The notes under the pieces were generated by a model, which saw only the letters and a program-made list of their open reading frames with translations, ran no database searches and was not told where the DNA came from. A DNA stretch of 43,403 nt, from positions 1 to 43,403 of the forward strand of contig DATIHM010000063.1 of NCBI GenBank assembly GCA_035480695.1, read 5' to 3'. The translations under genes were made by a program, and so were the position numbers. Source of the stretch: Candidatus Saccharimonadia bacterium. Lineage in GTDB: Bacteria; Patescibacteriota; Saccharimonadia; Saccharimonadales; UBA4665. Below, one piece after another: positions 25,359 to 33,826 of the stretch (positions are counted from its first letter, which is position 1; the number at the start of each line of letters is the position of its first letter).

Positions 25359-26951
25359 ATGAGTTTTACTGCCCGAAACCCTGAAAACATCGCCGAAGGT
25401 GGACAGGTCGTGGACTTGTTCGACCCTGACGGTGCGGGCACAGCCGCCGCTAGAGCACCACGACTTGGTCCTGAGGACCAATTTGTCGTAAACATGGCCA
25501 TACAGCGCCACGTGCTAGAGCCAATGGGCACTAAAATCCAATCCGCGCCATTCTACCAAGTTAAAGGCCAGTTCGGTGAGCATGTTGGCAACCTTACAGC
25601 AATCTATGGCCACCACCTCTCACGCACTCCGACTGAGACTGACCAGCAATATGAAACACGCCTTGAAGGGCTTATCGCCAACTACGTCGATACTTATGAG
25701 AAAGACAAGACACTTCGTAGCTTACCTGCTGACGAAAAATCAAGGGTAATAGATTATGCCGAAGGGAACCAACCGGGTTTTGCAGATAGCTACATGGATT
25801 ATGACATATCAACGAGGACCCGTTCGCTTGACGCCGGTTTCAACCGCATAGCAGGCGAAGACCAGCTGCAGCTTAGCCAAGAAGACCTCAAGCAGGCCAA
25901 AGAAGTCGGCCGCATAGCCGCGGAGCTTTGGCTTAAGCAACGTATAGCTCAGCGCGGAGCGGCTAATTTTGCAAGCGGGCGTTCCCAAGACGAAATAAAG
26001 GCTCACCAGGCCAGCGAAACAGGCGTCTTCATCAGGAGCGCCGCAAACGAACACGGCGAAATCGACCCAGTTTATCCCGATGCTGCCGCCATCCATGTGC
26101 TTGACACGTATGCCGGCCACCAGTATGACCCGAAATCAGTCGACGCCACCGTTCCCACAGAGGTCTACATGGAAACGCTTTGGGATGAGATACAGCATGT
26201 CCACACCAAAAGTTCGACAAGCAGCGAGCCAGAACCTGAAGCGCCCGTCGTTGGGCCGGCAGCCATGGAAGCTGTGCAAGAGCCACAACCCGTCGCTGCT
26301 AAGCCGCTTGTCCCCGAAACTGTAGAAGACCCAGCTGATTTATCCGTCGAAGGCGATGAGGTTGAAGCCGAATACGATGATGAAGAAACGGAAGCTGATG
26401 CCAATAAAAAAATAATGCTTCTGGAATGGGCTGACTCAGAACATTACCCGGATGCTCCGCTCGAATACCGCAACTTCATGAAGCGTATGGCCGAGCTAGC
26501 CTCTGACCCTGGGGTGGCCGGCACCAGAGAAGTCCTACACAATTTTGACCACCATCTGAAGGATGCTACCAATAATGCCTGGGAGCGCCTGGAAAACGAA
26601 GCACTTTATTTCATCAGGCTTTATTTCGTTATGGCAGTAACCAAACTATATCCTGATTCCAGCCACCAAGAGCTGGTCCAACATATCAAGGACGACGAAC
26701 TGTATGCTGGTCTCGACGCAGACGGCCCCGACAACCCGCATCGCCCCCATGATGTAAACGGAAACTTCAAAACCATATTGTCCCGGTTCAAGGGCAAAAA
26801 GCAGGCGGCCGATGAACTTACTAGCTACTTCAACCAATTCCTGACTCGCAACAAAAAGGATAGCTTTACCGGCCCTTACATATTGAACCACCCTTCCGTC
26901 ATCAAATACTTGAATGCTTTCCATCGACAAACTGAGGAGGATGCAACATAA
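25359..26951 (+). CDS. Orphan soluble protein with a central acidic linker (530 aa)
   Basis: Starts 9 nt after the preceding stop. No TM segment. Acidic tract EDPADLSVEGDEVEAEYDDEETEAD. No motif recognised. Confidence 0.75.
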   Translation: MSFTARNPENIAEGGQVVDLFDPDGAGTAAARAPRLGPEDQFVVNMAIQRHVLEPMGTKIQSAPFYQVKGQFGEHVGNLTAIYGHHLSRTPTETDQQYETRLEGLIANYVDTYEKDKTLRSLPADEKSRVIDYAEGNQPGFADSYMDYDISTRTRSLDAGFNRIAGEDQLQLSQEDLKQAKEVGRIAAELWLKQRIAQRGAANFASGRSQDEIKAHQASETGVFIRSAANEHGEIDPVYPDAAAIHVLDTYAGHQYDPKSVDATVPTEVYMETLWDEIQHVHTKSSTSSEPEPEAPVVGPAAMEAVQEPQPVAAKPLVPETVEDPADLSVEGDEVEAEYDDEETEADANKKIMLLEWADSEHYPDAPLEYRNFMKRMAELASDPGVAGTREVLHNFDHHLKDATNNAWERLENEALYFIRLYFVMAVTKLYPDSSHQELVQHIKDDELYAGLDADGPDNPHRPHDVNGNFKTILSRFKGKKQAADELTSYFNQFLTRNKKDSFTGPYILNHPSVIKYLNAFHRQTEEDAT

Positions 26952-26979
26952 GGCCATGAGGGTAAAAGGAGGGTAAAAA

Positions 26980-29900
26980 ATGGGTCCTGAACAACTAACT
27001 CAAGATTTAGCTGACTTGGAGCGGGCCAGACAAAAAGCTCTTGACCCGTCGCTGACGGACACGCTTGGCTATATGGCAGGCAAACACGGCAAAAGGGTAG
27101 CTATGGTAACTGCCGCGTCAACGCTGGCGCTGGCTACTGAAGGCTGTGGCATCATCGACGGTGGTGGCAGCAACACGCCAATCAAAGCCAACGTCGCGCC
27201 AACCGTCGCTCAAGCCCAACCCAAATTGACTGATGCTCAGAAGGCTCAGGCTTACGAGAAAGCACACGGCTTCCAGGCCGATGGCACTCCCGCAACGACT
27301 ACGACTGGCAGCACGACGACCACCACTACCGAAGCTACCCCCTCAACACTTCCAACCACACCCGAAACAACCTCTACAGCCACAGCACCGAGCCAGACTC
27401 CTTCGCCATCAACGCCGTCCGCCGGGGCCACAGCCTCTGTTGCCAAAATAAAAGCCGGCAAAAAAAATGCACCCACCACCGGTAAGAAAAATCCGAAAGA
27501 CATCAAGAAAGCTGTTGCGTCAATCAAAGAAGGTCGAGAAGACAAGGGTTCCGACAGCGGAGAAAAAGATGAAGGTGACGCTAAAGCATTTGTTGCGCGC
27601 CGTTCAGAGCGCAATGAAGACAAGGGCAGTGACAATGGTGAGAAAGAAGCCACTATTCACAAACTGAAGCGCGGGAAAAGCAGCGGCGAGCCCGAAGACC
27701 GTGGGCGTGACACTAACGAAAAAGAAGAAGGCTCAAGCGGAGTTGACCGCGAAACAGAAGATGGTCGTGGCAGCGATAAGGAAACCGGCGAACCATCGGC
27801 TCCACACCAACCAGCTGCGCCAGGCAGTTCCAGCACCTCAGGCAGCCGCACGACAACGAGTCCCAGCCAGCCCCAGCCGAAACCACAGCCCTCCCCCACA
27901 ATCAGCCGCAATACAGCACCGTCTGGTGGCTCGCGGGTCACTAGCATCTTGAACACGACGGTCGGGAAAGCCGGGGGCACGGTGTGGGCATCTTCCGAAA
28001 AGGCTATCGCGCTTGGCAGCCAGACCGATCTTTCTCACGAGGTCCGTGACACACTAGAGCTCAACCATTGGTCTTGGCAGGACGCCAGGCACCTGAAACC
28101 AAACACGCCGCTCAAAGTGCCCTATTATTCGGAGGCTTCGGCCCAAAACACGGCCGGCGGCGAATCCAGTGAAGACGGCGGCGGATCCGAGCAGGAACCG
28201 GGCGAGAACTCGCCCGCCGCGTCAGGCAGCACCTCCAAAGCATCACCCGACACACCAGCTACGCCCGACCAGTCACAGCCGCCCGCGGCGACGGGCACGG
28301 TGGCGCCTTCAGCTCCAGCACCCAAGACGACGACACACCCCAACCAGGCACCGCACAAGCCTCACGCCAAGCCACATGCAAAACCACACAGCAAACATCA
28401 CGCTAAGCCCCACTCCGCGCATACACATGCTACCCCACGCATCAACGGAGTGAGTTTCTACGATTGGCAGAGTGGCGACACCAACAACCAGACAACCGTT
28501 GATGACGATGGCATAACGCCAAGTCCTACCGGCAGCCCAGACCACCAAAGCTCGACTTCTTACGCTGACGGCCGGTTGTCAGCTGAGCAAACCGCCTACA
28601 TCGCGCTCAACCCTGGCTGGGCCGCCGCACATGGCCTCGTCCTAGGTGATGTTGGTAAGCTCACCTACAAAGGCAAGTCTATATTCGTGGTATACGGCGA
28701 CAATCATGTCGGCGACACACCGCACGCTGAAATTTCCGTCAAGGCAGTACAGGAATTGGCCGGACACGAAGATAACCTGACGGGCGTACATTACACTATT
28801 TACCCAGGAACGCACAACAAGCTGCACAACTCGGTCAACCAGAGCCTGATTAACAAAATCGGGGCCTGGGCATCAGGCGCCGGTAATGTGAAGCATCGAA
28901 AACACCGCTCTAGCCCAAAGCATCACTCCAGTCATCCTTCGCATCCGGGTAGGTTCACTGTTTCGCGTAAAATCGCAACTAAAGTGACCACGAACCACAA
29001 CAGCATCTGGGGCATTTCACAGCAGGTCGGCTTGGGCAATAATTCAAAAAACCGTTCTAGATTGCAAAAAGATTTCCTAAAATGGGGCAACATTTACCAT
29101 GTCCCGCCTAACGTCTTAGCGGCCGGCCTTTACGAGGAAAATTTTGTTAGCGAGGCAGGAGGCGGAAATAATATAAACGGCCAAGAGGTTGGTAATGGCC
29201 CGTGGAAGAATATATCCGGCTCCTTCAGCACGTCAAATACAGGAGCTAGGGGTTACGCACAGTTCGAGCCGCAAACGTGGGCGACCTATGGAGTCGACGG
29301 GAATGGTGATAGCAAGAAAGATCCTGAGAACGTTGATGATGCCATCGCCTCTGAAGCAAACCTCTATCACGCCGAGGGCGTTAATGCCAGTATACATACT
29401 AAGTCACTCAACCAGCTTGAAATGAGTGTTCGTAATGCCGCCGCCTCGTACTATGGCGACCACAATCCTACAGGCGCGTATGCCAGCAACGTTTGGCGTG
29501 TCGCTTACAACTTAACTTACAAATATCCTCAGGTGAGGGAAGTTTATGGTGCCAGCACGAAGAAGCACCATACCAGTAAAAATATAGGTGTTAAGGCTGT
29601 GACGCATGCGATAGTGCACATCGGCAACTTTAACCCATTCTCCCCCCACAAGGCCAAAGTCGCCAGAGGCCTAGGCGTCGGCGCAGTAACGAAATCCGTA
29701 GGCGGCCTGGGGCACATCAACATATTCGGCAACTCAGCGTCTGTAAGGCACGAAGCGGCTTCACACGCTAGACATGCCCATCATAAGAAGCGTCACCTCA
29801 GTGACACCAGCTTCAGGAAGGATGTCGTCAGATATGCTGAAGCCAGTACTGTCGATAGTTACGTCTGGGGCGCCGGTCACTCAACCAGCTCCATACTTTA

Positions 29901-30261
29901 CATAGCCAGCCACAAAGGCCCGAATGTTGATGCTGATTGTAGCGGCTTTGAGGCAGGTGTGGTAGCTCACGCTACAAGAGGCAAAGAAGTGATTTCAAAC
30001 ACGACCTCGACCCTGCGTTCCGACACTGTTCACTATAAGCAAATTGGCCTGCACAGTGTACAGCCAGGCAACTTCTACGAGCCAGAATCTGGCCACATCA
30101 CAATAGTAACCGGAGTCCACGGCAACCAAATCGATACGATTGCCGCCAGGACCGCTAACGCTCCGCAGCCTGACCAGGTTGGGCCCGAAACCTACACCTA
30201 CACAGGAGCTGCAGGGCAGAACTTCTACGCCTTCAAGCTGCCGCGCTCATTGATGAGCTAA
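26980..30261 (+). CDS. Membrane-anchored multidomain peptidoglycan hydrolase (1093 aa): disordered linker, DPBB/RlpA-like region, MltB/SLT_2-like lytic transglycosylase, NlpC/P60 endopeptidase
   Basis: AAGGAGGG SD. N-terminal TM VAMVTAASTLALATEGCG. T/S/P- and EDKGSD-rich region. See the three domain features below for the catalytic motifs. Confidence 0.9.
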   Translation: MGPEQLTQDLADLERARQKALDPSLTDTLGYMAGKHGKRVAMVTAASTLALATEGCGIIDGGGSNTPIKANVAPTVAQAQPKLTDAQKAQAYEKAHGFQADGTPATTTTGSTTTTTTEATPSTLPTTPETTSTATAPSQTPSPSTPSAGATASVAKIKAGKKNAPTTGKKNPKDIKKAVASIKEGREDKGSDSGEKDEGDAKAFVARRSERNEDKGSDNGEKEATIHKLKRGKSSGEPEDRGRDTNEKEEGSSGVDRETEDGRGSDKETGEPSAPHQPAAPGSSSTSGSRTTTSPSQPQPKPQPSPTISRNTAPSGGSRVTSILNTTVGKAGGTVWASSEKAIALGSQTDLSHEVRDTLELNHWSWQDARHLKPNTPLKVPYYSEASAQNTAGGESSEDGGGSEQEPGENSPAASGSTSKASPDTPATPDQSQPPAATGTVAPSAPAPKTTTHPNQAPHKPHAKPHAKPHSKHHAKPHSAHTHATPRINGVSFYDWQSGDTNNQTTVDDDGITPSPTGSPDHQSSTSYADGRLSAEQTAYIALNPGWAAAHGLVLGDVGKLTYKGKSIFVVYGDNHVGDTPHAEISVKAVQELAGHEDNLTGVHYTIYPGTHNKLHNSVNQSLINKIGAWASGAGNVKHRKHRSSPKHHSSHPSHPGRFTVSRKIATKVTTNHNSIWGISQQVGLGNNSKNRSRLQKDFLKWGNIYHVPPNVLAAGLYEENFVSEAGGGNNINGQEVGNGPWKNISGSFSTSNTGARGYAQFEPQTWATYGVDGNGDSKKDPENVDDAIASEANLYHAEGVNASIHTKSLNQLEMSVRNAAASYYGDHNPTGAYASNVWRVAYNLTYKYPQVREVYGASTKKHHTSKNIGVKAVTHAIVHIGNFNPFSPHKAKVARGLGVGAVTKSVGGLGHINIFGNSASVRHEAASHARHAHHKKRHLSDTSFRKDVVRYAEASTVDSYVWGAGHSTSSILYIASHKGPNVDADCSGFEAGVVAHATRGKEVISNTTSTLRSDTVHYKQIGLHSVQPGNFYEPESGHITIVTGVHGNQIDTIAARTANAPQPDQVGPETYTYTGAAGQNFYAFKLPRSLMS
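28575..28810 (+). other. Possible double-psi beta-barrel (RlpA/3D-like) domain within the hydrolase
   Basis: AYIALNPGWAAAHGLVLGDVGKLTYKGKSIFVVYGDNHVGDTPHAEISVKAVQELAG resembles the ..G..v.V.v.D.gp......iDLS..a...L pattern of DPBB lytic domains. The match is weak and by eye only. Confidence 0.35.
28990..29520 (+). other. Lytic transglycosylase domain (MltB / SLT_2-like)
   Basis: LAAGLYEENFVSEAGGG supplies a candidate catalytic Glu. GARGYAQFEPQTWATYGVDGNGDSKKDPENVDDAIASEANLY matches the G.mQF.P.TW..YGVDg.GDG..d..n..DAi.saAnYL signature. Confidence 0.75.
29815..30240 (+). other. NlpC/P60 cysteine peptidase domain
   Basis: YVWGAGHS...DADCSGFEAGVV (catalytic Cys), PGNFYEPESGHITIVTG (catalytic His), TIAART. 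Confidence 0.8.
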
Positions 30262-30368
30262 TCAGCCCAGGTAGGCCTCGAGGCAGCCGAGCACGACTTG
30301 CCAGGCGTCTTTGGCGGCCGCGCCAAATAGGCCGGAAACTGCTTGCCCTTAAATTCCAGCTCAATCAT
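30262..30368 (-). pseudogene. Possible relic of a dienelactone-hydrolase-type gene (N- and C-terminal ends fused in different frames)
   Basis: ATG 30368 sits 1 nt after the VOC stop. The ATG frame reads MIELEFKGKQFPAYLARPPKTPG (DLH-like N-terminus). The frame that ends at TGA 30264-30262 reads AAAKDAWQVVLGCLEAYLG*, like the DLH C-terminal A.AW.r.l.F....L. The segment is 107 nt, so the two parts are out of frame. Confidence 0.3.
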
Positions 30369-30369
30369 T

Positions 30370-30813
30370 TCAGGTTTTTTGGTCTGTCATCGAGCCCGGC
30401 TTGGTTATGTTCACCATCCAGCTGACGCCGTATTTGTCGACGAATTGGCCGAAAAAGTCGCCCCAGAACATCTTAGTCAAGGGCATACCTACCTCGCCAC
30501 CGGCGCTTAGTTTTTCGAAAATCTCGCGCAGGCGCGTCTCGTCGCTGCCACCCAGGCTGAGGTCGACCTTGGCCGACTTAGCGCTGGCCTTGCTGCCGTC
30601 ACTGGCCATCAGCTTGATGTCGCCGCCCTCAAGCCGAGCGTGCATCACCTGGTCTTTGTTCTCATCGTTCAGGCCGCCGGGCACGGCCTCGGGTGGCGAT
30701 TCGCCGAAAGTCTGCACTGTCAGTTCGCCACCGAAAACCGACTTATAAAACTCCATCGCCTCCTTGCAGTTCCCCTGGAAATACAGGTACACATCCAAAT
30801 GCACATCGCTCAT
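30370..30813 (-). CDS. VOC-superfamily protein, PhnB/YjdN-like
   Basis: VYLYFQGNCKEAMEFYKSVFGGEL...MHARLEGGDIKLMASD...FWGDFFGQFVDKYGVSWMV is the typical PhnB-like pattern. Confidence 0.85.
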   Translation of the reverse strand: MSDVHLDVYLYFQGNCKEAMEFYKSVFGGELTVQTFGESPPEAVPGGLNDENKDQVMHARLEGGDIKLMASDGSKASAKSAKVDLSLGGSDETRLREIFEKLSAGGEVGMPLTKMFWGDFFGQFVDKYGVSWMVNITKPGSMTDQKT

Positions 30814-30917
30814 TGCGCCCTCCTTCTTTAAATTCGTTCAGATACTATAACGCTTCGCGCCGCTGCCAGCAATTAATATTCCGGTGGCGACCGACTGGAA
30901 TCATTTATACTTGGGTT

Positions 30918-31463
30918 ATGGTATACGTGGCACTCTTGCGTGGCGTGAATGTAGGCGGCAATCGCAAGGTCGAGATGGCCAAACTCAAGCAGGTTTTTGA
31001 GGAGTTGGGTTTTGAAAAAGTAAAAACCTTTATTAACTCCGGCAACGTCATTTTCGTGTCGGATTCTAAAGACGAAGGAGCGCTGACCCAGAAAATCGAG
31101 GCGGCAATAGAGAAAGGTTTCGGCTTCTCAGTCGACGTTCTGCTCAGAAACATTGACGAGATGGCCAAGTTGGTAAAAACAATTCCTGACGACTGGGTCA
31201 CCGACAATAAGGTGCGGTGCTACGTGCTATTTTTATGGTCGGAGATAGACAGCGAAGACATTTTAGAAAAGATTCCGCACAAGCCGGAAATCGAGCAGAT
31301 GCTTTACATTCCTGGCGCTGCCATTCACCGCATCGACGCGGCCAATGCCACACGCGGCCGGATGGTCTCAATCATCGGCACACCTCTTTACAAACAGCTT
31401 ACGATGCGCAACTCCAACAGCGTGCGCAAGATTTACGACCTCATGAAAGCCGCCGAAAGCTAA
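30918..31463 (+). CDS. DUF1697-family protein
   Basis: MVYVALLRGVNVGGNRKVEMAKLKQVFEELGF..FINSGNVIF is the DUF1697 signature. The longer ORF start at 30693 overlaps the opposite-strand VOC gene and was rejected. Confidence 0.85.
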   Translation: MVYVALLRGVNVGGNRKVEMAKLKQVFEELGFEKVKTFINSGNVIFVSDSKDEGALTQKIEAAIEKGFGFSVDVLLRNIDEMAKLVKTIPDDWVTDNKVRCYVLFLWSEIDSEDILEKIPHKPEIEQMLYIPGAAIHRIDAANATRGRMVSIIGTPLYKQLTMRNSNSVRKIYDLMKAAES

Positions 31464-32032
31464 GCTTCGGCCGGCCGGTAGAACAGCACGACGGTGTCTT
31501 CGCCGATTTTTCTTGTATCCGACAGTTTGAAAATGGTCTTGTCGACGTCGTCGAACAGCCGTTTGCCCTGGCCGAGCACCACCGGGTGCACCATTAAGCG
31601 CAGCTCGTCAACCAGCTCGACCGCCAGCAATAACTTGAGCAACTCCGAGCTGCCATTCACTAGAATATCTTCTTGCGATTCTTGCTTGAGTTTGGCGATG
31701 GCCTCGGCCGGCTCGCCCTGCAAGATGTGCGAATTGTTCCATTCCAACTTATCGAGCTTGCTCGTAATGACGTACTTTGGCATGCTGTTCATCTTGTCGC
31801 CGAACTCGCCGGCATGGTCTTTCATCTTCGGCCAGGCGGAGGCGAACTCCTCATAAGTGGCGCGGCCGAGCAGCAGGCTGCCGACCGACATCAGCTCCTC
31901 GAATTTGAATTTGCCGTATTCTGCGCTGTTGAACTCCAGGCTCCAGCCGCCGTATTTGGTACCCTCGGCACCGCCCGGATCCTCGAAAACCATGTCGAGC
32001 GTCACGAACTCCGAAACTATTATCTTCCCCAT
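31460..32032 (-). CDS. Dihydrofolate-reductase-family (RibD C-terminal domain) protein
   Basis: MGKIIVSEFVTLDMVFEDPGG, LLLGRATYEEFASAWP, DILVNGSSELLKLLL, LVDELRLMVHPVVLGQGKRLF. Confidence 0.85.
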   Translation of the reverse strand: MGKIIVSEFVTLDMVFEDPGGAEGTKYGGWSLEFNSAEYGKFKFEELMSVGSLLLGRATYEEFASAWPKMKDHAGEFGDKMNSMPKYVITSKLDKLEWNNSHILQGEPAEAIAKLKQESQEDILVNGSSELLKLLLAVELVDELRLMVHPVVLGQGKRLFDDVDKTIFKLSDTRKIGEDTVVLFYRPAEA

Positions 32033-32082
32033 GAGGCCTCCTTAATTATCACTTAAATGATTAAGGAAGCTGGCGGCGGGCG

Positions 32083-32568
32083 CTATGAAATTTTCGGCAG
32101 CAGCTCGTCGAGGCGCTCGTGGCCTTCGGTCAGGCCCTTCTCCATGCCAGATCGGACCATGCCGTCGCGGTCCTCGGGCGTCTGGAAAACCGAAATGGAA
32201 GTGGCTTTGGTTTTGCCGTTGCCGAGATCCTCCAGTAACAAAGTGTCCATGGAAACGTGCAGCTTTTCCGGCAAACCCTCGAACTCAAACGTCTGGACAG
32301 CTTTTTTCGGCGCTTCCATACCATGGAACGTACCGTGAAAAGCGAACTCGTTACCCTGCGGGTCGATGTGCACGAAACGGTATGAACCGCCGGGCCTGAA
32401 ATCCCACTTGTCGATCTTGCCCTTATAGCCTTTGGGGCCAGCCCACTGGATGAACAGCTCGGGGTCGGTGTAAGCCCGCCAAACCTTCTCGACCGGCGAG
32501 TCAAATTCGCGCGTCACGATTACTTCGCGCCCACCCTCAGATGCTTCAACTTTAGTTTTCCCTGCCAT
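32083..32568 (-). CDS. SRPBCC (AHSA1/START-like) protein
   Basis: VIVTREFDSPVEKVWRAYTDPELFIQW...GGSYRFVH...GMEKGLTEGHERLDELL. Confidence 0.85.
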   Translation of the reverse strand: MAGKTKVEASEGGREVIVTREFDSPVEKVWRAYTDPELFIQWAGPKGYKGKIDKWDFRPGGSYRFVHIDPQGNEFAFHGTFHGMEAPKKAVQTFEFEGLPEKLHVSMDTLLLEDLGNGKTKATSISVFQTPEDRDGMVRSGMEKGLTEGHERLDELLPKIS

Positions 32569-33063
32569 CTACGCCCCCTTTCCGGCCTCTTGCAGGCCCT
32601 TGATATCAAGCTTCTTCATCTTGAGCATGGCGTCCATGGCGCCGGGTTTGCTCAGCAGTTCGCCCATATTCTTGGGGATGATCTGCCACGACAGGCCAAA
32701 CTTGTCCTTCAGCCAGCCGCACTGCTCGGACTCTTTCACGGCCGAGAATTTTTCCCAGAAGTAGTCGATTTCGGCCTGGTCTTCGCACTCCACCATCAGC
32801 GAGATGGACTCGTTGAACTTGAAAATCGGGCCGCCATCGAGGCAGAAGAACTGCTGGCCGGCCAGCTTGAAGACGCCATTCAACACCTTGTTTTCCATGC
32901 CGGCCAGCGGCCCTTCGCTGTAGCCGCCTGGGTATTTATCGATGCTGATGATTCCCGAATCATGCGCCTCTTTGCTGGGCGCACCTTTGAAGGTGTCGAC
33001 ATAAAAGTTCATGGCCTCTTCAGCCTCCTTGTCAAACCACAGGAATGTCGTTACTTTTTGCAT
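32569..33063 (-). CDS. VOC-superfamily protein (3-demethylubiquinone-9 3-methyltransferase-domain type)
   Basis: KVTTFLWFDKEAEEAMNFYVDTFKG and DKFGLSWQIIP are hallmarks of this family. The stop abuts the next gene's start (32568/32569). Confidence 0.85.
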   Translation of the reverse strand: MQKVTTFLWFDKEAEEAMNFYVDTFKGAPSKEAHDSGIISIDKYPGGYSEGPLAGMENKVLNGVFKLAGQQFFCLDGGPIFKFNESISLMVECEDQAEIDYFWEKFSAVKESEQCGWLKDKFGLSWQIIPKNMGELLSKPGAMDAMLKMKKLDIKGLQEAGKGA

Positions 33064-33077
33064 GCTCGCCTCCTCCC

Positions 33078-33503
33078 TTAACTATTACTTTCCGAAAACT
33101 TCTTGAGCCCATCGGCTGTGTAGTTCCAGCCTTCTTGGGCGTTTTTCATGAAATCAGGCACGTCTGCCGGAACCGACGCGAAGTCGCACGTCAAAACCAG
33201 CTTGGTCTTATCGCCGTCTGCCTCCAGTTCGAACGTCACGCTGGAACCGTCGCTCATACCGCCGTAGTCCCAGCTGTAAGTCAGACGCTTGCCTTCTTCG
33301 ACCTCCAGGACTTCGACGACATGGTGATACTTTTGACCATCTTTGGGCCCCAATTCAAACTCCGTTTCAAAGCCGACCTCGGCCTTGAAATCCGGGAAGA
33401 ACGGCAACCACTGCTTGAGGTCTTTTATGTCGGTCAGCGCTCGCCAAACCCTCTCTGTCCCGGCGTCAATAGTTCTCTCTATCACAAGCTTTTCGGCCAT
33501 CAC
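33078..33503 (-). CDS. SRPBCC (AHSA1/START-like) protein
   Basis: LVIERTIDAGTERVWRALTDIKDLKQW...GKRLTYSW...EGWNYTADGLKKF. The start overlaps the arsR-like stop by 4 nt. Confidence 0.85.
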   Translation of the reverse strand: MMAEKLVIERTIDAGTERVWRALTDIKDLKQWLPFFPDFKAEVGFETEFELGPKDGQKYHHVVEVLEVEEGKRLTYSWDYGGMSDGSSVTFELEADGDKTKLVLTCDFASVPADVPDFMKNAQEGWNYTADGLKKFSESNS

Positions 33504-33826
33504 ACCTCCTTTCTTAATAACTCATCGAGCGCTTCGAAACGCTCCTCCCACATCTGACGGTAGGCCTCCAGGTACTGGTTAGCCTCGGCCAGGCCGCTGA
33601 GTGATAGTTCCACGATCTGCTCCTTCCCTCGTCGGCGCTTAGCTATCAGCTTGGCCTTCTCCAACACTTTAAGATGCTTGGAGATGGCGGCAAATGACAA
33701 ATCGTACGGCTGCGCGATTTCGCTGACCGACATTCGCTGCTTGGAAACGCGTTGCAAGATGTCGCGCCGCGTCGGGTCAGCCAGGCTGCTGAAGACGGAA
33801 TCTAAGCTCAACGCATATTCAACCAT
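33500..33826 (-). CDS. ArsR/SmtB-family HTH regulator (no metal-binding Cys motif visible)
   Basis: FSSLADPTRRDILQRVSKQRMSVSEIAQPYDLSFAAISKHLKVLEKAKLI. Confidence 0.9.
   Translation of the reverse strand: MVEYALSLDSVFSSLADPTRRDILQRVSKQRMSVSEIAQPYDLSFAAISKHLKVLEKAKLIAKRRRGKEQIVELSLSGLAEANQYLEAYRQMWEERFEALDELLRKEV

Noticed and set aside
20045-30261. Calling the block an ICE, conjugative T4SS or prophage
   Set aside because: I could find no VirB4/VirD4/FtsK-type ATPase, relaxase, integrase, portal, capsid or terminase motifs in any frame. Only the hydrolase resembles such elements, so the call would be unsupported.
30693-30917. 75-codon N-terminal extension of the DUF1697 gene
   Set aside because: It overlaps the opposite-strand PhnB-like VOC gene and has a Pro/Ser/Arg-rich composition. 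The family-typical N-terminus MVYVALLRGVNVGG starts at 30918.
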